This document shows, in pieces, positions 12,085 to 24,448 of a DNA stretch of 64,000 nucleotides. A program made the translations under genes and the position numbers. Location: assembly GCA_026025075.1 (NCBI GenBank), contig JAPEUI010000086.1:1-64000 (forward strand), given 5' to 3'. The notes beneath the pieces were generated by a model that made no database searches, had not been told where the DNA came from, and was given only the letters and a program-made list of their open reading frames with translations. Numbering within the stretch: the stretch's first letter is position 1; each line of letters starts with the position of its first letter. The DNA is from Vezdaea acicularis. Its lineage: Eukaryota.

Positions 12085-13096
12085 CCAGCCCTATTCCTTT
12101 GACCTCGCCTGGCCGAGTGCTTTCATAGAATATCATATGTAGGTTGTTGCCGCCTTCTCGTGAGTCAGCACATGGGATTATGAGCTTGCGCTCGTCGAGT
12201 CTTGACCTGCAGTTTGGCAAGGCCAGGTCAGCAAAGCAATAGGGTGGGGAAGCTGTACACGAACGGACCTCTAATATATTGGGATTATTACTCTAAAACG
12301 CTGGTCACCAAGGAAGCCGGGGAAAAGATACTAAGGATCAAATGGGGAAAATTATGCCACGCTTCGCACACACACAAAATCGAAGAGACGAGGTCAAAAT
12401 AAACGGGTGCCGGAGAGGGATATTGATTGACGGTGAGGCGGAGAAGGACCGGGATATGTGTGAGAGAGCGGCGCGCGGCAATATGAAGGGATTTGCGAGG
12501 ATGGCGGACGGAAAGCAAAGATCCTCGAGGGTTCGGGGGGAGTGTGGGGGGGGTCTGGGTGTGTGGGCGCCAGGTTCGGAGACGAGGCGACTCTTTAAGG
12601 TGACAGAGTTGTGGGTGTAGTGGGCTGGCCGATCGCTGGCCCTCCCGGCCACGCCTGGCGCCACCAGGTGGATCTGAAGCTGGACTAGGAAGAAACGAGA
12701 GTAGGACGACGAAGTGATGCCAACGCCCCTGAAAGCCGAGCACAGGATGGCTTGATCAGGCCTAGGAAGAGTCAACCAGCTGCGCACCGTTCAACCGTCG
12801 TGCGAAAGTGGAAAAAGTCAACTGTTGCGCGGATGGAAATAGAAGGGGAAGGGGACAGCAGGTGCCTCGTCCGTGGTCGCTGGTGTCGCTGTGCAGTGAA
12901 ATCATACGCTAACCACGCTGGACACGGGTCAGCCCAGGGCTGTGTCTGCAGCACGCATCGCGCTACAGTGGGTTGACGACCCTGGCCACGCCCGTCCAGA
13001 GCGCGCCTGTCCCGGAGCCAGAGCCCACGGGCGCCTCTCGCAGGCTGGCGGGCCCGCCGACGCCGTTGGTCCTTGCGACAGATGCGCGATGCCATG

Positions 13097-13115
13097 CGGA
13101 CGGACGGACGGACGG
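13097..13115. repeat. (CGGA)n tetranucleotide microsatellite, about 4.75 units
   Basis: cggacggacggacggacgg. Confidence 0.75.
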
Positions 13116-16100
13116 CGAAACTCCCCCCGGAAGACGCCAGCGTGTAGCCGAGGAAGAAGCCGAGGAAGCCCGACCGGAGACGAAGGCGAAATTTGCACAT
13201 TTGCAACGGCGCGCGGTGATTGCCCAGCAGCCGTCGAATAACGTCCCAGCGGCGCGCCGACACGACTTCATTCGTTCATGCTGCAGATGATGAGGCAACC
13301 GTCTCCCTTCGCGTCCTCCACCTCCTCTCCCTTCGCCGTCCTCCCCCGCCGCCCTCCGCCAGCCGCACCGTCGTCATTCGCCCAGGCCGGGGCATGCGCA
13401 GGCCGTCGCTTGCATGATGCGAAAAGCCACCGCCTGCAAATACCCCCGAAAGGCTGCAGTGCCGTACTGCGTCTTCATCTCCATCTTCTGCACATCGTCG
13501 CATGGAGACGTCCTCGTTTCCCTTGGGCGCTTCGGCGCGACCTACGACTGGCTCTCTTGAGCCCGCCCAAGCTTCGGAGAGTCTGGAGAAAGCAACCCGC
13601 CCCGCGGACAGCTGCTCCAGTTTGTCGTGCGTTCGAGGAGCGTCTGGACTTTGGCTCCCACGGCCGTTTGGGAGCGCCGGGCCAAGCTCAATTCCTGTGC
13701 GCCAGGAAAGGCGCGTTTCAGCGCTCTGCTCAGCGTCATGCACGCTGCCAGGTACCGGCGACTGGCAGCGACGGGCTTTCGCGCCGACCACCTGACATCG
13801 GTCGACTTGACCCATCGTCCTATCGTGGACCCCGTGATGCGCCGTCTTCAGCTTCAGTCGCCCCCCGGAGGAGACCGTGACCGTGACCGTCCGTCCCCTC
13901 AGCGTCGGATCCTCATGTTAAAGGCGCTGCTGAACACAGGCTATTGGACCCGAGGGCTTCTTCTCTTCGAGCGATTTAAAAATTCCAACGCTGCGTCGTG
14001 GCAGGAAAAGCCAATCGCCGTGACAGCTTCCGAGCGAGAGTGGAGTCGCATCGTGACTTGCCGACCAATCGTGCCCTTAGGGTTTCCTGCTCGCCAATCG
14101 CGATGCCATGCGCCACGAGCGTGGTTTCGTTTGCAGGTCTGGAACCAGCCCCCTCTTTGCTCGACAGACTAACTCTCATCCCTTCTCCTTCCAGGACGTT
14201 TCCCACATCAGCGTTTGGATTTGAGGCTGCTATCCAGAGGCAACAGGTCGATCCCGTCGGACAAGGCGAGCCCCACACACCATGGTTCGACCTTCCCCAT
14301 CTTTGGTCTCGATGATCGTCGCGTCGCATTCCCGGATCGGGCTGATTCGCGGCCCGCTCTTCCTTGATTATCACGGCTTCTCAAGCAGGATTGTGATATC
14401 ACAATCTCGAGGTCGAGAGAAGAGTTGGATCTGGAATGTACCAATGGCAGATCCATCGGCCAGCCTCTAGAACATATCTCAGGTCCTTAAGACAGTTCGG
14501 AGATTAATGTCAGCGAGGGATCCTAGACGACGGCCCGCCCGAGTAACCTGGACGTGGCGCTCGGACCTGATACCGCTCCGTCTGCTAACCGATAACTGTG
14601 GATAATGAATTTTTTTGAAAGAGAATTTGGGATGATAGGAGCCCTTGACCTTGCTATAGAGCCTCCTGTTGCTACGATCGACTAGGCACGACTCCCGTGG
14701 AAGCTCAGCCCGGGCTCCCGACTGCGAACCCGTTCATCGTAAAGACTCTCTTGATTGGATCGAATCGCTAATTCCCTCTTCCTACTTTCAGAAAACCCCC
14801 AAAACTTTGACCTTGAGTGTGGTGGTCTCAAAGGACTTGGTATGGTCTGCGATCACAATCCTTTCACGAAAGCTCCCACGTCTCCGTCGCCCAACGTGAC
14901 GCCACTTTAGATCTCTGGTGCCCAACAAAATGCGCAATGCGCTCTGACTGGTAACTGTTCTGCTGGTAGATCGACATGGCTGTTCATGCTGTTCCCAAAA
15001 TATTCCTTCCCTCTCCGTTCTTGCTGAGATTATGAGCTCCTTGTTGCTGGAGCGTCTTTGGCGAGCCATGTCATGTTCTTTCTCAATCGTAGGGCGCTCG
15101 CCCGTTTGTACTTCGTACCGACCCGCTGGATTGGTCGATCCGGCAAAGCTGAGTGCTGCATTAGTGTTCGCGCCTTGGTTTAGCGTGGAAAATTAGAATC
15201 CTCCGACGGTGGCTGAGCCCTGCCACTAGCCACGATCCAACTTTGAATCTTGATCGCATCGTGCATCTGTGACGTGGCAGAATGGCAAACTCGATGGCAA
15301 AAATACTCCCTAGTTTGACAGCCTTGATGACTCTTACGATCCGTTTCTTCGGGAGACGTCCTTTGACCCTAACCCGTAAGTGCCAAACAGTCCGAGGAAA
15401 CGCTGCCGCAACAGTCGCTTGTTGGGGGTTTTAGTTTCCGCCAACCACCTCGCGAAGATGGAGCTGCGCAATGCGATTGGTCCCCTGGACATGTTTTAGA
15501 CCTAACCAGGGCACGTCTGTCGGTGCCATTTCGCTCACGTGATGAGGAAAGGGTGTCATGTCTCATTTTGGGCATCATGGAACGACGCGTCCTCCTTCCC
15601 GTAAGCGCCCGTTGTGGTAGATTCGCCTTGTTGACGGGCCCGGAGCGACGTGGGGTGATGAATCCTTCGAATTCGTTGAGATGCTAAGCTCCCGAGTGGT
15701 GCGTCAGGTTGAACCGGGCATTGGCTGAGGGAGCGCCGATTAACTCTTGCGAGTCCAAGTATTTATGATCCCTGTTCAGTGAAATGCTCCAGTACAGCTT
15801 CATCAGGTCTTGAGGCAAATACTAGAGAAAGTTAACGCTTACTTGACTGGTGATCAGAGTAATCTTCGAGGAAAGATCGATAGGCCGAACTATCAAATTG
15901 TATCCAAGAATTGGCAACCCTCACTCTTGTCCCAAGGGTATGATACATCTGCAATGTATCAGCGTATGGCAAACTCCACGAAGGGAGGTTGCCAGAGAAA
16001 TTAATCAACGGTACATATCTGTTCCGCAGGTACCTAGACTCTTCCAAAGTGAGGAAAAGAAAAAGGCTATGGAAATGAATCGCTGGACTTCAAGTTGAAC

Positions 16101-17168
16101 CTAAAGGGAAGAACTGCTGAACTGCGAGGACAAGATCACTTCCGGTAGGAATGATAGACACAGAAAATTGGGGCATCACTGAGTCAAAAGGAGCGAGAGG
16201 TGCGCATGTGAGCGGCGATAGAATATGCTCGATGAGGAAACAATGCAAGCATCAAGAAGAGAAGAAATAAGAGATGCCAAAAACCAGTCGACACTTGACC
16301 GGCCAATGGATGGGTCTACCACAGAAAATAGAGAATCTTGGACTCAGGGCTTGGCCCGCAATCTTTTTCTGGATTTGGATCACGTGACTCCGGCTTGGCA
16401 CGATGTGGGCGAGAAGTCCCTTTGCTTCCCTATTACCCGCAGAACTTGTCCTCTTTGTCATCCTACCTGTATACCTTTAACAACTATGACAACTTTGCCT
16501 TGGTTTCGTTCTTTCATTTATTCTGAGGTAGAGACCACTTTCTGGAACTCGTTCTAGATCCTCTAGTCCGATCAAAAGACCCTTTCTCTCAGGGTACTAA
16601 TGAGCTGATGGTGGCGAGGATAAGGCTGAATAATGGCGGGTGGGGTACCTTAGCTTCCGACTTTGGCTGCGTTTTGTAGAGGAAGATCATACCCCGTTGT
16701 GAAGCTCGGGTGAATTGTCTGCTTTGCAACTGACTGAAATCTACGCCACGATGATGCATGATATCTGCTTTAGTTCGACGCATGATTGCAACACAATCTA
16801 TTACTAAAGTGCGAAGACTTTATAGAGTCGGGAACTGACTGGGCTTTGTTGCCAGAGGGAACCTGGCCTAGATGGCTCCTTCTACGTGGAGAATTTCAAC
16901 CAGCGCATCTCATGTCACACACGGAGATTAGGTCCGGATTGCTAATAGGGTAGGGATGTTGATGGCCCGGAGCGAGATATATCTCACCTGGCCCATAACC
17001 AGGAAGGACAGATACATTTACATATCAGGGTGCCAACCTTTTTTCTTTTCACAAACGCATTGTTTTCTCGACAGAGTCTCTTGTACGGAACTAAGCTTGA
17101 AGTTCATCCATTGAAGCCTGTTTCTAACCTCCCTTGATCAAAAGAATCAAAAGATTCTCTTTCTCAAT

Positions 17169-18053
17169 ATGCTATCCTCCAACCCGACCGTGGTCCTCAT
17201 TCCAGGCGCCTGGCATACTCCCGAGGCTTATGAGGAGCTTACCCCCTTCCTTGACGTAGCCGGCTTTCCCCACGTCTCTGTTTCACTTCCTAGCGTAGGC
17301 GTGTCTCCTGGCGTTGAAGACTTTGGACCTGACGTTGCAGCCGTGCGCTCTGCGGTTTCTTTGCTCGCAGACCAATGCAAAGACGTCGTCATCCTCATGC
17401 ATTCATACGGCGGCCTTCCTGGAACGGAAGCACTGAAAGGTCTGGGAAAACGAGAGCGCGAAGCAACTGGGAAAAAAGGCGGCGTCACTAGATTAATCTA
17501 TGTGGCAGCTATTGCACCACAACTCGGCGAATCTGCCGGCGCAGTTCTCAAACGGCTCAAGACCCTGCATAACTTAAGAATCGAGGGCGTGGCGGGTACT
17601 CCGAGCACTGTAAGCCAGGGAAAGCTGATGAGTGAAGTGGATGGGCGAATGCTGATGATCGAAGGATGGGACTTCAACTGTCTTTGATGGCAAAGATTTA
17701 TTTTACCAAGATTTGCCGGAAGGAAAGGCAGACTACTACAACAAGAAGATGAAGACACAGTCGATAGGGTGAGAATGAAAATCACTGCTGAAGATGTAAG
17801 GGGAGTATCGGCTGACACGTCCAACTTCAGCGTCTTTGGCAGCCCCCTGAGCTATGAAGCATGGCGAGACATCCCTACAGCTTATCTGATCACCGCAAAA
17901 GATCAGGCCCTTGCTCCTGTAATCCAAGAGAGTATGGCAGTAGAGATCTCTGCCAATATGGTAGAGACCATCGAAGCCTCACATTCGCCATTTTTGTCTT
18001 GCCCGGATAAAGTGGCAAGTTTCATTGAGAGAGCTGCATCAACAGCGGCATAG
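17169..18053 (+). CDS. Alpha/beta-hydrolase (Abhydrolase_6, methylesterase-like); exons 17169-17609, 17665-17768, 17831-18053
   Basis: VVLIPGAWH, nucleophile motif MHSYGG, KDQAL (Asp) and ASHSPF (His). Two GT-AG introns restore a continuous frame. Confidence 0.92.
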
Positions 18054-18488
18054 GAATAGATGTCGTTGGTAGAGATGAATCAATGTAATAAGTCCTAGAG
18101 ATCTTACAAACCTCTGGATGTAGAATTCGAGCAAAGCTTACTCGCAAAAGGTGATTTTGAACCTGATTGAACGTAGTGGAGCGTAACGAGGCAATGTGAA
18201 AGTAATATTACGTTGTGTGACTGAGAATGTCGCTCGCTTCCAAGCGATCAATCTTTTCTACCTGCTCGACAATTTCCAACATAATTAGAATGCGTGCGTC
18301 CTAAATCATAAAATCCTACGCTCTAGAAAAAACCACATAAATCCTGAAAGACTATGCACATACCTTAGCAACTAGCCGCGAAAGCAGCCGATGCGGAAGC
18401 GTTCAGGATTTTAAGAAACACACGTCTTGACGCGTCGAGAAAGCTGACTTTTTTCCACCCAAATTGAACCATTTCAAGCGAATCAAAC

Positions 18489-19307
18489 ATGCCAGACTAC
18501 AGTTCATTGAAAGTTTCAGAACTGAAGAAGATCCTCCAGGAACGATCCCTCGCAGTATCTGGCAACAAGCCAGACTTGATCGCGCGCCTAGAAGAAAACG
18601 ACCATGCATCAGCGGCTGCTCCTACACAAGTACCCTCAACTGCCCCAGCAAAAGTTCCAGCGCAAACAGACGACGAGATAGACTGGGGAGATGAAAACTC
18701 TGCGGAGGCCGCAAGGTCTACAAACGCTGTGGTCTTAGAAGCTGGAGATGGTGGACAGGCTCCTAAGCCAGTGGCAGCACCCAATCGAACAGTCGATGCA
18801 GATCCACCCAAAACCTCCGATCGAAGTGTCAAGGAGCCAGACAATGCCACTACTACAGAGGGAACGGGCAACGGACAAACAAAACCAGCCGTCAACTTCA
18901 CCGCCGGACTCGAGAAAACAGATTTGGAGAAGGAGCTGGAGCGGCGTCGAAAACGCGCCAAGAAGTTTGGGCTGGACTTGACTGAGACAGACGAAGCCAC
19001 AGCAAAGGCTCTAGAACGAGCTAAGAAATTTGGTACGGAGGCGAGTAGTGGAAATACTCTAGTTAAAGGCTTGGATCAAGCTCTCCCAGAGAGGGGTGGG
19101 CGCAAAAGGGAACGGGGCGACGAGGGGAGTACAGAACGGGAAGGAAGTAAGCGTGGGCGCGTCGAAGGAGCAGATCGTGATAAGAGAGTGCAAAAGCCCC
19201 AGGCTGGAGGTAAAAAGTCTGCTCCTGCGCTAAAGAAGGTTACCGATGATCCTGTTGAGAAGGCTAAAGCAGAGGCCAGAGCTAAGAAGTTCGGCACAGT
19301 TAAATGA
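18489..19307 (+). CDS. THO1: SAP-domain ribonucleoprotein (Tho1/Mos11/CIP29-SARNP family)
   Basis: N-terminal SAP domain YSSLKVSELKKILQERSLAVSGNKPDLIARL. Repeated RAKKFG motifs are characteristic of the Tho1/MOS11 C-terminus. Confidence 0.9.
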   Translation: MPDYSSLKVSELKKILQERSLAVSGNKPDLIARLEENDHASAAAPTQVPSTAPAKVPAQTDDEIDWGDENSAEAARSTNAVVLEAGDGGQAPKPVAAPNRTVDADPPKTSDRSVKEPDNATTTEGTGNGQTKPAVNFTAGLEKTDLEKELERRRKRAKKFGLDLTETDEATAKALERAKKFGTEASSGNTLVKGLDQALPERGGRKRERGDEGSTEREGSKRGRVEGADRDKRVQKPQAGGKKSAPALKKVTDDPVEKAKAEARAKKFGTVK

Positions 19308-20496
19308 ACATCCGAACTTAAGGTTAGGCTTTCATAGTTTTTTATAATGTTCTTGTAGCGTTTGAAAGATAAGGGAGATGGATCTGGAGGGGCGCTTTGT
19401 TCAAGAAGAATTCTGGCACAAAAATGTACTATCACATCTCGTATCAGTTCGTTGAGCCTCATGGTACCACATGATGTACGGTGGTTCTCGCGGGTCTCAA
19501 AATGGCTGAGGAAACCCTTTATAGTCTAAGAGCTATACTAGAATCTAAGCTATCAAACGCAAGGCATTGAAATCCACGCTTAACAACTTTAAGTAAGAGA
19601 TTAGAAGCATTCAGGTCTGATATAAAAGTTGGTGACCGGTCCGAAACGAGTTACGCGCTTACTTGAAAGGTGCTAGCGCCCGTATGAGGCTGAGTTAGCT
19701 AGATGTGCGAAGACCACTGGAGGCTGTCCAGCGGGGTCATGCAAAGGCCAACCATCGTCTGACCGCTCCCTTCTTAATTTATGCCATCGCAAATGATATT
19801 GTTACTATTATGATCTAAACTGAAATCGTCAAAATAGTTGCGGCGCGTGCAACCCCAGGCCAATACGACTGGCCTCTTTCGATCTCCGACAACGGCCCCC
19901 GAACCTTGCGCCATATCTGTTTTGACATCGAATAAGGCTGTGAATTGGCAGCAGACATTCGAGGCCATCGCTGGGCTACCCTAAGGTCTTGCTCTCCGAT
20001 TTGTGGACGTCAAAGTTCGTGAGAAAGAGCCATTGCAGTCTCCTTAACCTTTCAAGCCGCTTGAGGCTCTTACGGTGTTCGCAAAGACTCGATCGTATGT
20101 CCCCATGATCCAGCACTTCACAGCCTGGAGCGTCATAAGCCTTGCTAGCCTTGCATACGAATCTTGTAATGAACCATAAAACTGACAACAACATGACAGG
20201 GAGGCTACCTCTTGTGGCTAATGCCATCCATGCCCAAGAGCTGGAATTCAACGTTATTTGTTTTAAAGACACGCGGAATTAGTGTGAAAAGTGGACAACA
20301 AAAGAGCACTTTCTTGTAAAAATTTCCGTGTCAGCAGTTTTAAAAATCATCATTCGCACAACACTCGGTGTAGGACGTCAAGGTCTCTGGGGGCCTGAGC
20401 ATATATATCTCAGTTGGGAAGATTCAGATAGGAGTTATCGACTGCCAGTGCGGAGAGGCGGTCCCCCCCTCTTCGGCGCTGACATATTCGGACAAA

Positions 20497-22111
20497 CTGG
20501 CGGAGTACTGGGACGAACAATTTAGCCTTAGGGACAATAATACACCCCCCCCTCAGGCTATCAAACCAAACCTCACACCTGTTGAAAGCCCAGTACCTTT
20601 AGTGAATCAAAGGGCGTCACCCGAAAGCGTCAGTCCTCCATCCTCACAGACGGCGAGGAAGAAGTCTAATCGTCACAAGACGCGATCAACGCAAGCTGAC
20701 GCCGTCCTCCTCCGTTCCCTCGGTCCACAACATCCTGACGTCGCGCGAGTGGGAGGGGAGCGACCTCTCTCACTTGGGGAGGAGTCCGAGGCTGGCGACT
20801 CAGGGGACGATATGGATGGGACGGAGGAAGGGCCAACCACATCTGAAGCTCCAAAAGATCCAGACAAGGAAAGTCTCCGGCACCTTGCGCTGCAAGTCTT
20901 GTCGAGCTCTCAGGATGCATCAAAACTCGAGGCTCAATCGTCATTAGAGACACAGCAACGCTCCTATCCGAAAGATGCAATAATAGACAGGACTCTGACA
21001 AACAACAACGTCCCGGCAGTTGCCGCTGAGACTCTTCTCACACTGAAAGATGACACTTCACCCAGGCTCAAATCTGAGATGCATAGCCTGAGGGTGGGCT
21101 CGCCGATACATCGTGAGAATGGCCTTCCCCCATTTCAGCCATCCAAGGACCAGAAGCTGGCCGCCATCCATCCGACATCGTTTTCTAACGGCGAATCATC
21201 CGGCAAGCAAGAGCGGCCGAGTCTACCTGGTATGCGGGAAGTGGGTCTCACAGAGGCAGCCCAGTGCGTAGACGATGTTGCAAATGGGAGATTACAACAA
21301 AACGCAGATCGGCGATACCAGCAAGCCCACTCACCATACAATCATCTTGATCATAGATCACCTCAGAGCACTTATAGTAGACCTTCTCCTCATGAAGGTT
21401 ACCGTAAGATAGGCGATGCGAACAGCCCCCAGTCCCATGCACCAAGCCCTTACTATGGAAGAAAGCCGTCTCATCAACCAGAAAACAATTCATACTCAAC
21501 AGCGCCGCCTGCTGAGAGCCCATATCCGACAGCTCCTTCGACAAGTAACGAGCCAAGCAGTGTCGAGGCATTCAGTCCAAGCATAGGCTCGACTCCTGGT
21601 GATAGGATGGATCTGGATGGCCAAAACACTCGTCAAGCTCGGCAAAATCAACAGCAGCCTGTAGCACCAGGCGGCATGGGCTACAAGTGCGACAACCCAG
21701 GTTGTACCGCTCCGCCATTCCAAACGCAGTATCTGCTCAACTCCCACAAGAATGTCCACTCGCAAGCGCGGCCACACTACTGTACGGTCCCAGGGTGCAA
21801 TCGAGGCGAAGGAGGGAGAGGGTTCAAGAGGAAGAACGAGATGATACGCCATGGGCTAGTACATTCATCACCGGGCTATATATGCCCGTTCTGTCCCGAT
21901 AAGGAGCATAAGTATCCTCGACCAGATAATCTTCAACGGTATGTGTTACATATACTGTGTTCACTAATATTACTCTCTAACGATGATCAGACATGTCCGA
22001 GTTCACCACCTGGATAAGAAGAAGGATGACGCTCAGCTCCGCGACGTCTTAGCGCAACGCCCTGAGGGCGGACACCGCGGACGGCGTCGACGTTTAGGTG
22101 CAAGCAGCTGA
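20497..22111 (+). CDS. C2H2 zinc-finger transcription factor (exons 20497?-21938, 21991-22111); start uncertain: candidate CUG at 20497, first AUG at 20812
   Basis: Three fingers: YKCDNPGC..FQTQYLLNSHKNVH, HYCTVPGC..FKRKNEMIRHGLVH and YICPFC..YPRPDNLQRHVRVHH, the last completed by GT-AG intron 21939-21990. The frame is open from 20374. Confidence 0.9.
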
Positions 22112-22879
22112 CGTCAGAGTTAGGCCGAGTACATATGGGAGGACAAAAAAAGGGTTCTTCATATACATATAGTCGTCCTGATTAGCGTGCGATGTTTTTC
22201 CTGATGAAGAAATGAGGTTTGGCGTTTCACGAGACTTCTGTCATACACGGTTTTTCCTTAAAGAATGGCCGAGTCGTGCCGTACGGTGTCCAGCGGTCTT
22301 ACCTCCGCTCCCAGGGGATTTGGGGCCAAAGTGAGGAGTTTGGTGTTCTACGTCAGTGTGAGAGTGATGAAAGGCTCGGAGTCGCATCTGCCGGGGTGAT
22401 TTTAGAGAGCAGTGGGAGTATGTTGATTGCATCGGACAAATAGAAACGCTACGTTATGCCCCTTCTTGACTTCCTGGTTGAGGATTTTGCGAACAATTCG
22501 CACATTCCGGAAATATTGATTCCATTTGTTAACATCTTTTGTCAACTACCACCAGCTTCATACTTGCCAAGTTTAGCACACCGCTCCTTCCAGCATGATG
22601 GCCCACGACCCATATCCCGTCGCATTAAGCCCAATTCCTGCAAGCAACAACCCGAGTTTAGAAGAAAGAGCATTGCTTTTACGGCAGAAGTGGCTAATAA
22701 TATCCATAATTATAAATCAAGTTTAGGCAGCAGTAATTGTCCCCTCGCCCAATTCCCCTTCCCCGCTCCATTTCAAAGCTGAAGCTATAGGAAACATCGT
22801 TGTCGACACTTCATTGAGACCACGGGGCTCAAGTAATAAGCCAATTGGAGAGCAACTGCATTCGTAATATCATTCCAAC

Positions 22880-24129
22880 ATGGAGCCAGATCAAGTCTCA
22901 GCCGCGGCGAAAGTGGCAGCAACCGCCTCAGGGGATAAACTCGAACCATCCATTACTCCTCTCACTCCGGCCGAGACCAAATCTGCGGTAGGCCCTCTCC
23001 ACTTCGAGGAGTTTTACGACATCCAATGGCCAGGCGGCAGTTGCTGGGGTTTCCTTAACAAAGAGGCCTCTCCGCCTGCCACTCCAAAACACACCGGCGT
23101 CCAAGAACCCATCAGAATCTGTATTGCGGGAATAACCGGGGAATTGGGCACTCTGATAGCCAAGTATCTCCTGGAGCACAAGCATGTCACAGTTCACGGC
23201 ATATGCCGGCAGAGTTCTGTCCTCCAGGATGTGATAGTATCGCACCCGCGCCTCGTCATCTTCAGAGGTCCCGCGGAGGACGAGAATGTTGCTCGGCAGG
23301 CCGCGAAGCTCTGCAGCGCTATGATCTGCGCCTACAACGACGTCAAGAATAACCAATGGATGTACGACATCCAGCAACTGCTCACAAAAGTGTGCGATAT
23401 CGAGAAGGTACCGAGATACTTCGCAGCAGACTACGTCCCGGATTTCACGACCTTGAAGCCTCACGAGATCCCGTTCAAGGACCCGCAGCTTGCATTCTAC
23501 CAGTCTCTCCTACTTGAGAACGAGAGAAACACGAAGAACGTGAAAGGCGTGCACATCTTGACTGGCGTCTTCGTCGAAGCGTTCTTTGGAGGCTTTTTCG
23601 ATCCGAATAAGCCGAAAATCTGGGGTACTGGTGATGAAAAATGGGACCTCGTTACCTATCGCACTATCGCGCAGTTTGTGGCTTATGTAGCCATGGATCC
23701 TCGTGGCCCGTACGGCGTCTTGAAATGTGGGTTCTTCTCTTGGATATCCTCTGCTTAGGCTAGCCACCGACTGATGACAAACAGTCCATGATGTTGCATG
23801 CACCATAGAGGAGATAGTTAAAGAGATTGATACGAGAAAGAAGGGCGGTGTCCAAACTCATATCTCCAAGGCAGGCACAATGGAGCAGTTGAAGGAAGTT
23901 GTTGATAATGCTCGGGCGAGTGGAAATCTCTTCCCTCACGTTATAAGGCACGTATACGTATGACCACCTAGATCTTTCTTCCGAGAATGCTGACGGCGCT
24001 CTTCTCAGTTTCCTGACTTATTGGGTCCAAACCAAAGGCCAGCTTGGTGATCACCTCCACAACCATCTCTACCCAGTTGTCAGAACGCTCACATTGGGAG
24101 ACATTGTGGAGACCTACCTGCGTCCCTAA
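22880..24129 (+). CDS. NmrA-like atypical SDR (NAD(P)-binding Rossmann fold); exons 22880-23726, 23785-23947, 24009-24129
   Basis: ICIAGITGELG (GxxGxxG), RYFAADY, WGTGDEKWDLVTY. The second intron needs a GC donor to reach the C-terminal LHNHLYPVVRTLTLGD segment. Confidence 0.85.
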
Positions 24130-24448
24130 CAAGACAAAGAATCTTGTCAGCGTGCAAGGCGGTGCGAAAAATATGTTCTTCGACCAGGGTTTCGACCATA
24201 ACACCATAGATAGCCAAATCATCTTCCAAAATGATGATGGTTTTTTCTGTATATTTTAGCATGCTTCTTGAGACTAGCCAGCGTCTTGTGAACCGATATG
24301 TTCCTTATTGACCCATAAACTACTGTCTACATTGTACCAGGTTGCTTAGCCACACATCGCACTTGCTTCTTATAAGCTTTTACCTAATACCCTCAATAGC
24401 ATACATCGCTTCTTCCTCTTAAGCATGTAGATATACCAAAGCCTTCCC

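Noticed and set aside
14284..14300. GGTTCGA tRNA T-loop-like motif
   Set aside because: Flanks do not form a T-stem or cloverleaf.
12772..14374. Many overlapping 100-200 aa ORFs on both strands
   Set aside because: High GC lowers stop frequency. Products are Arg/Ala/Pro-rich with no motifs, and many starts are non-ATG.
15281..15730. Possible small spliced CDS using the GTAAGT (15376) and GTAAGC (15601) donors
   Set aside because: No convincing start/acceptor chain, and the peptide is short and unrecognisable; kept only under the lncRNA hypothesis.
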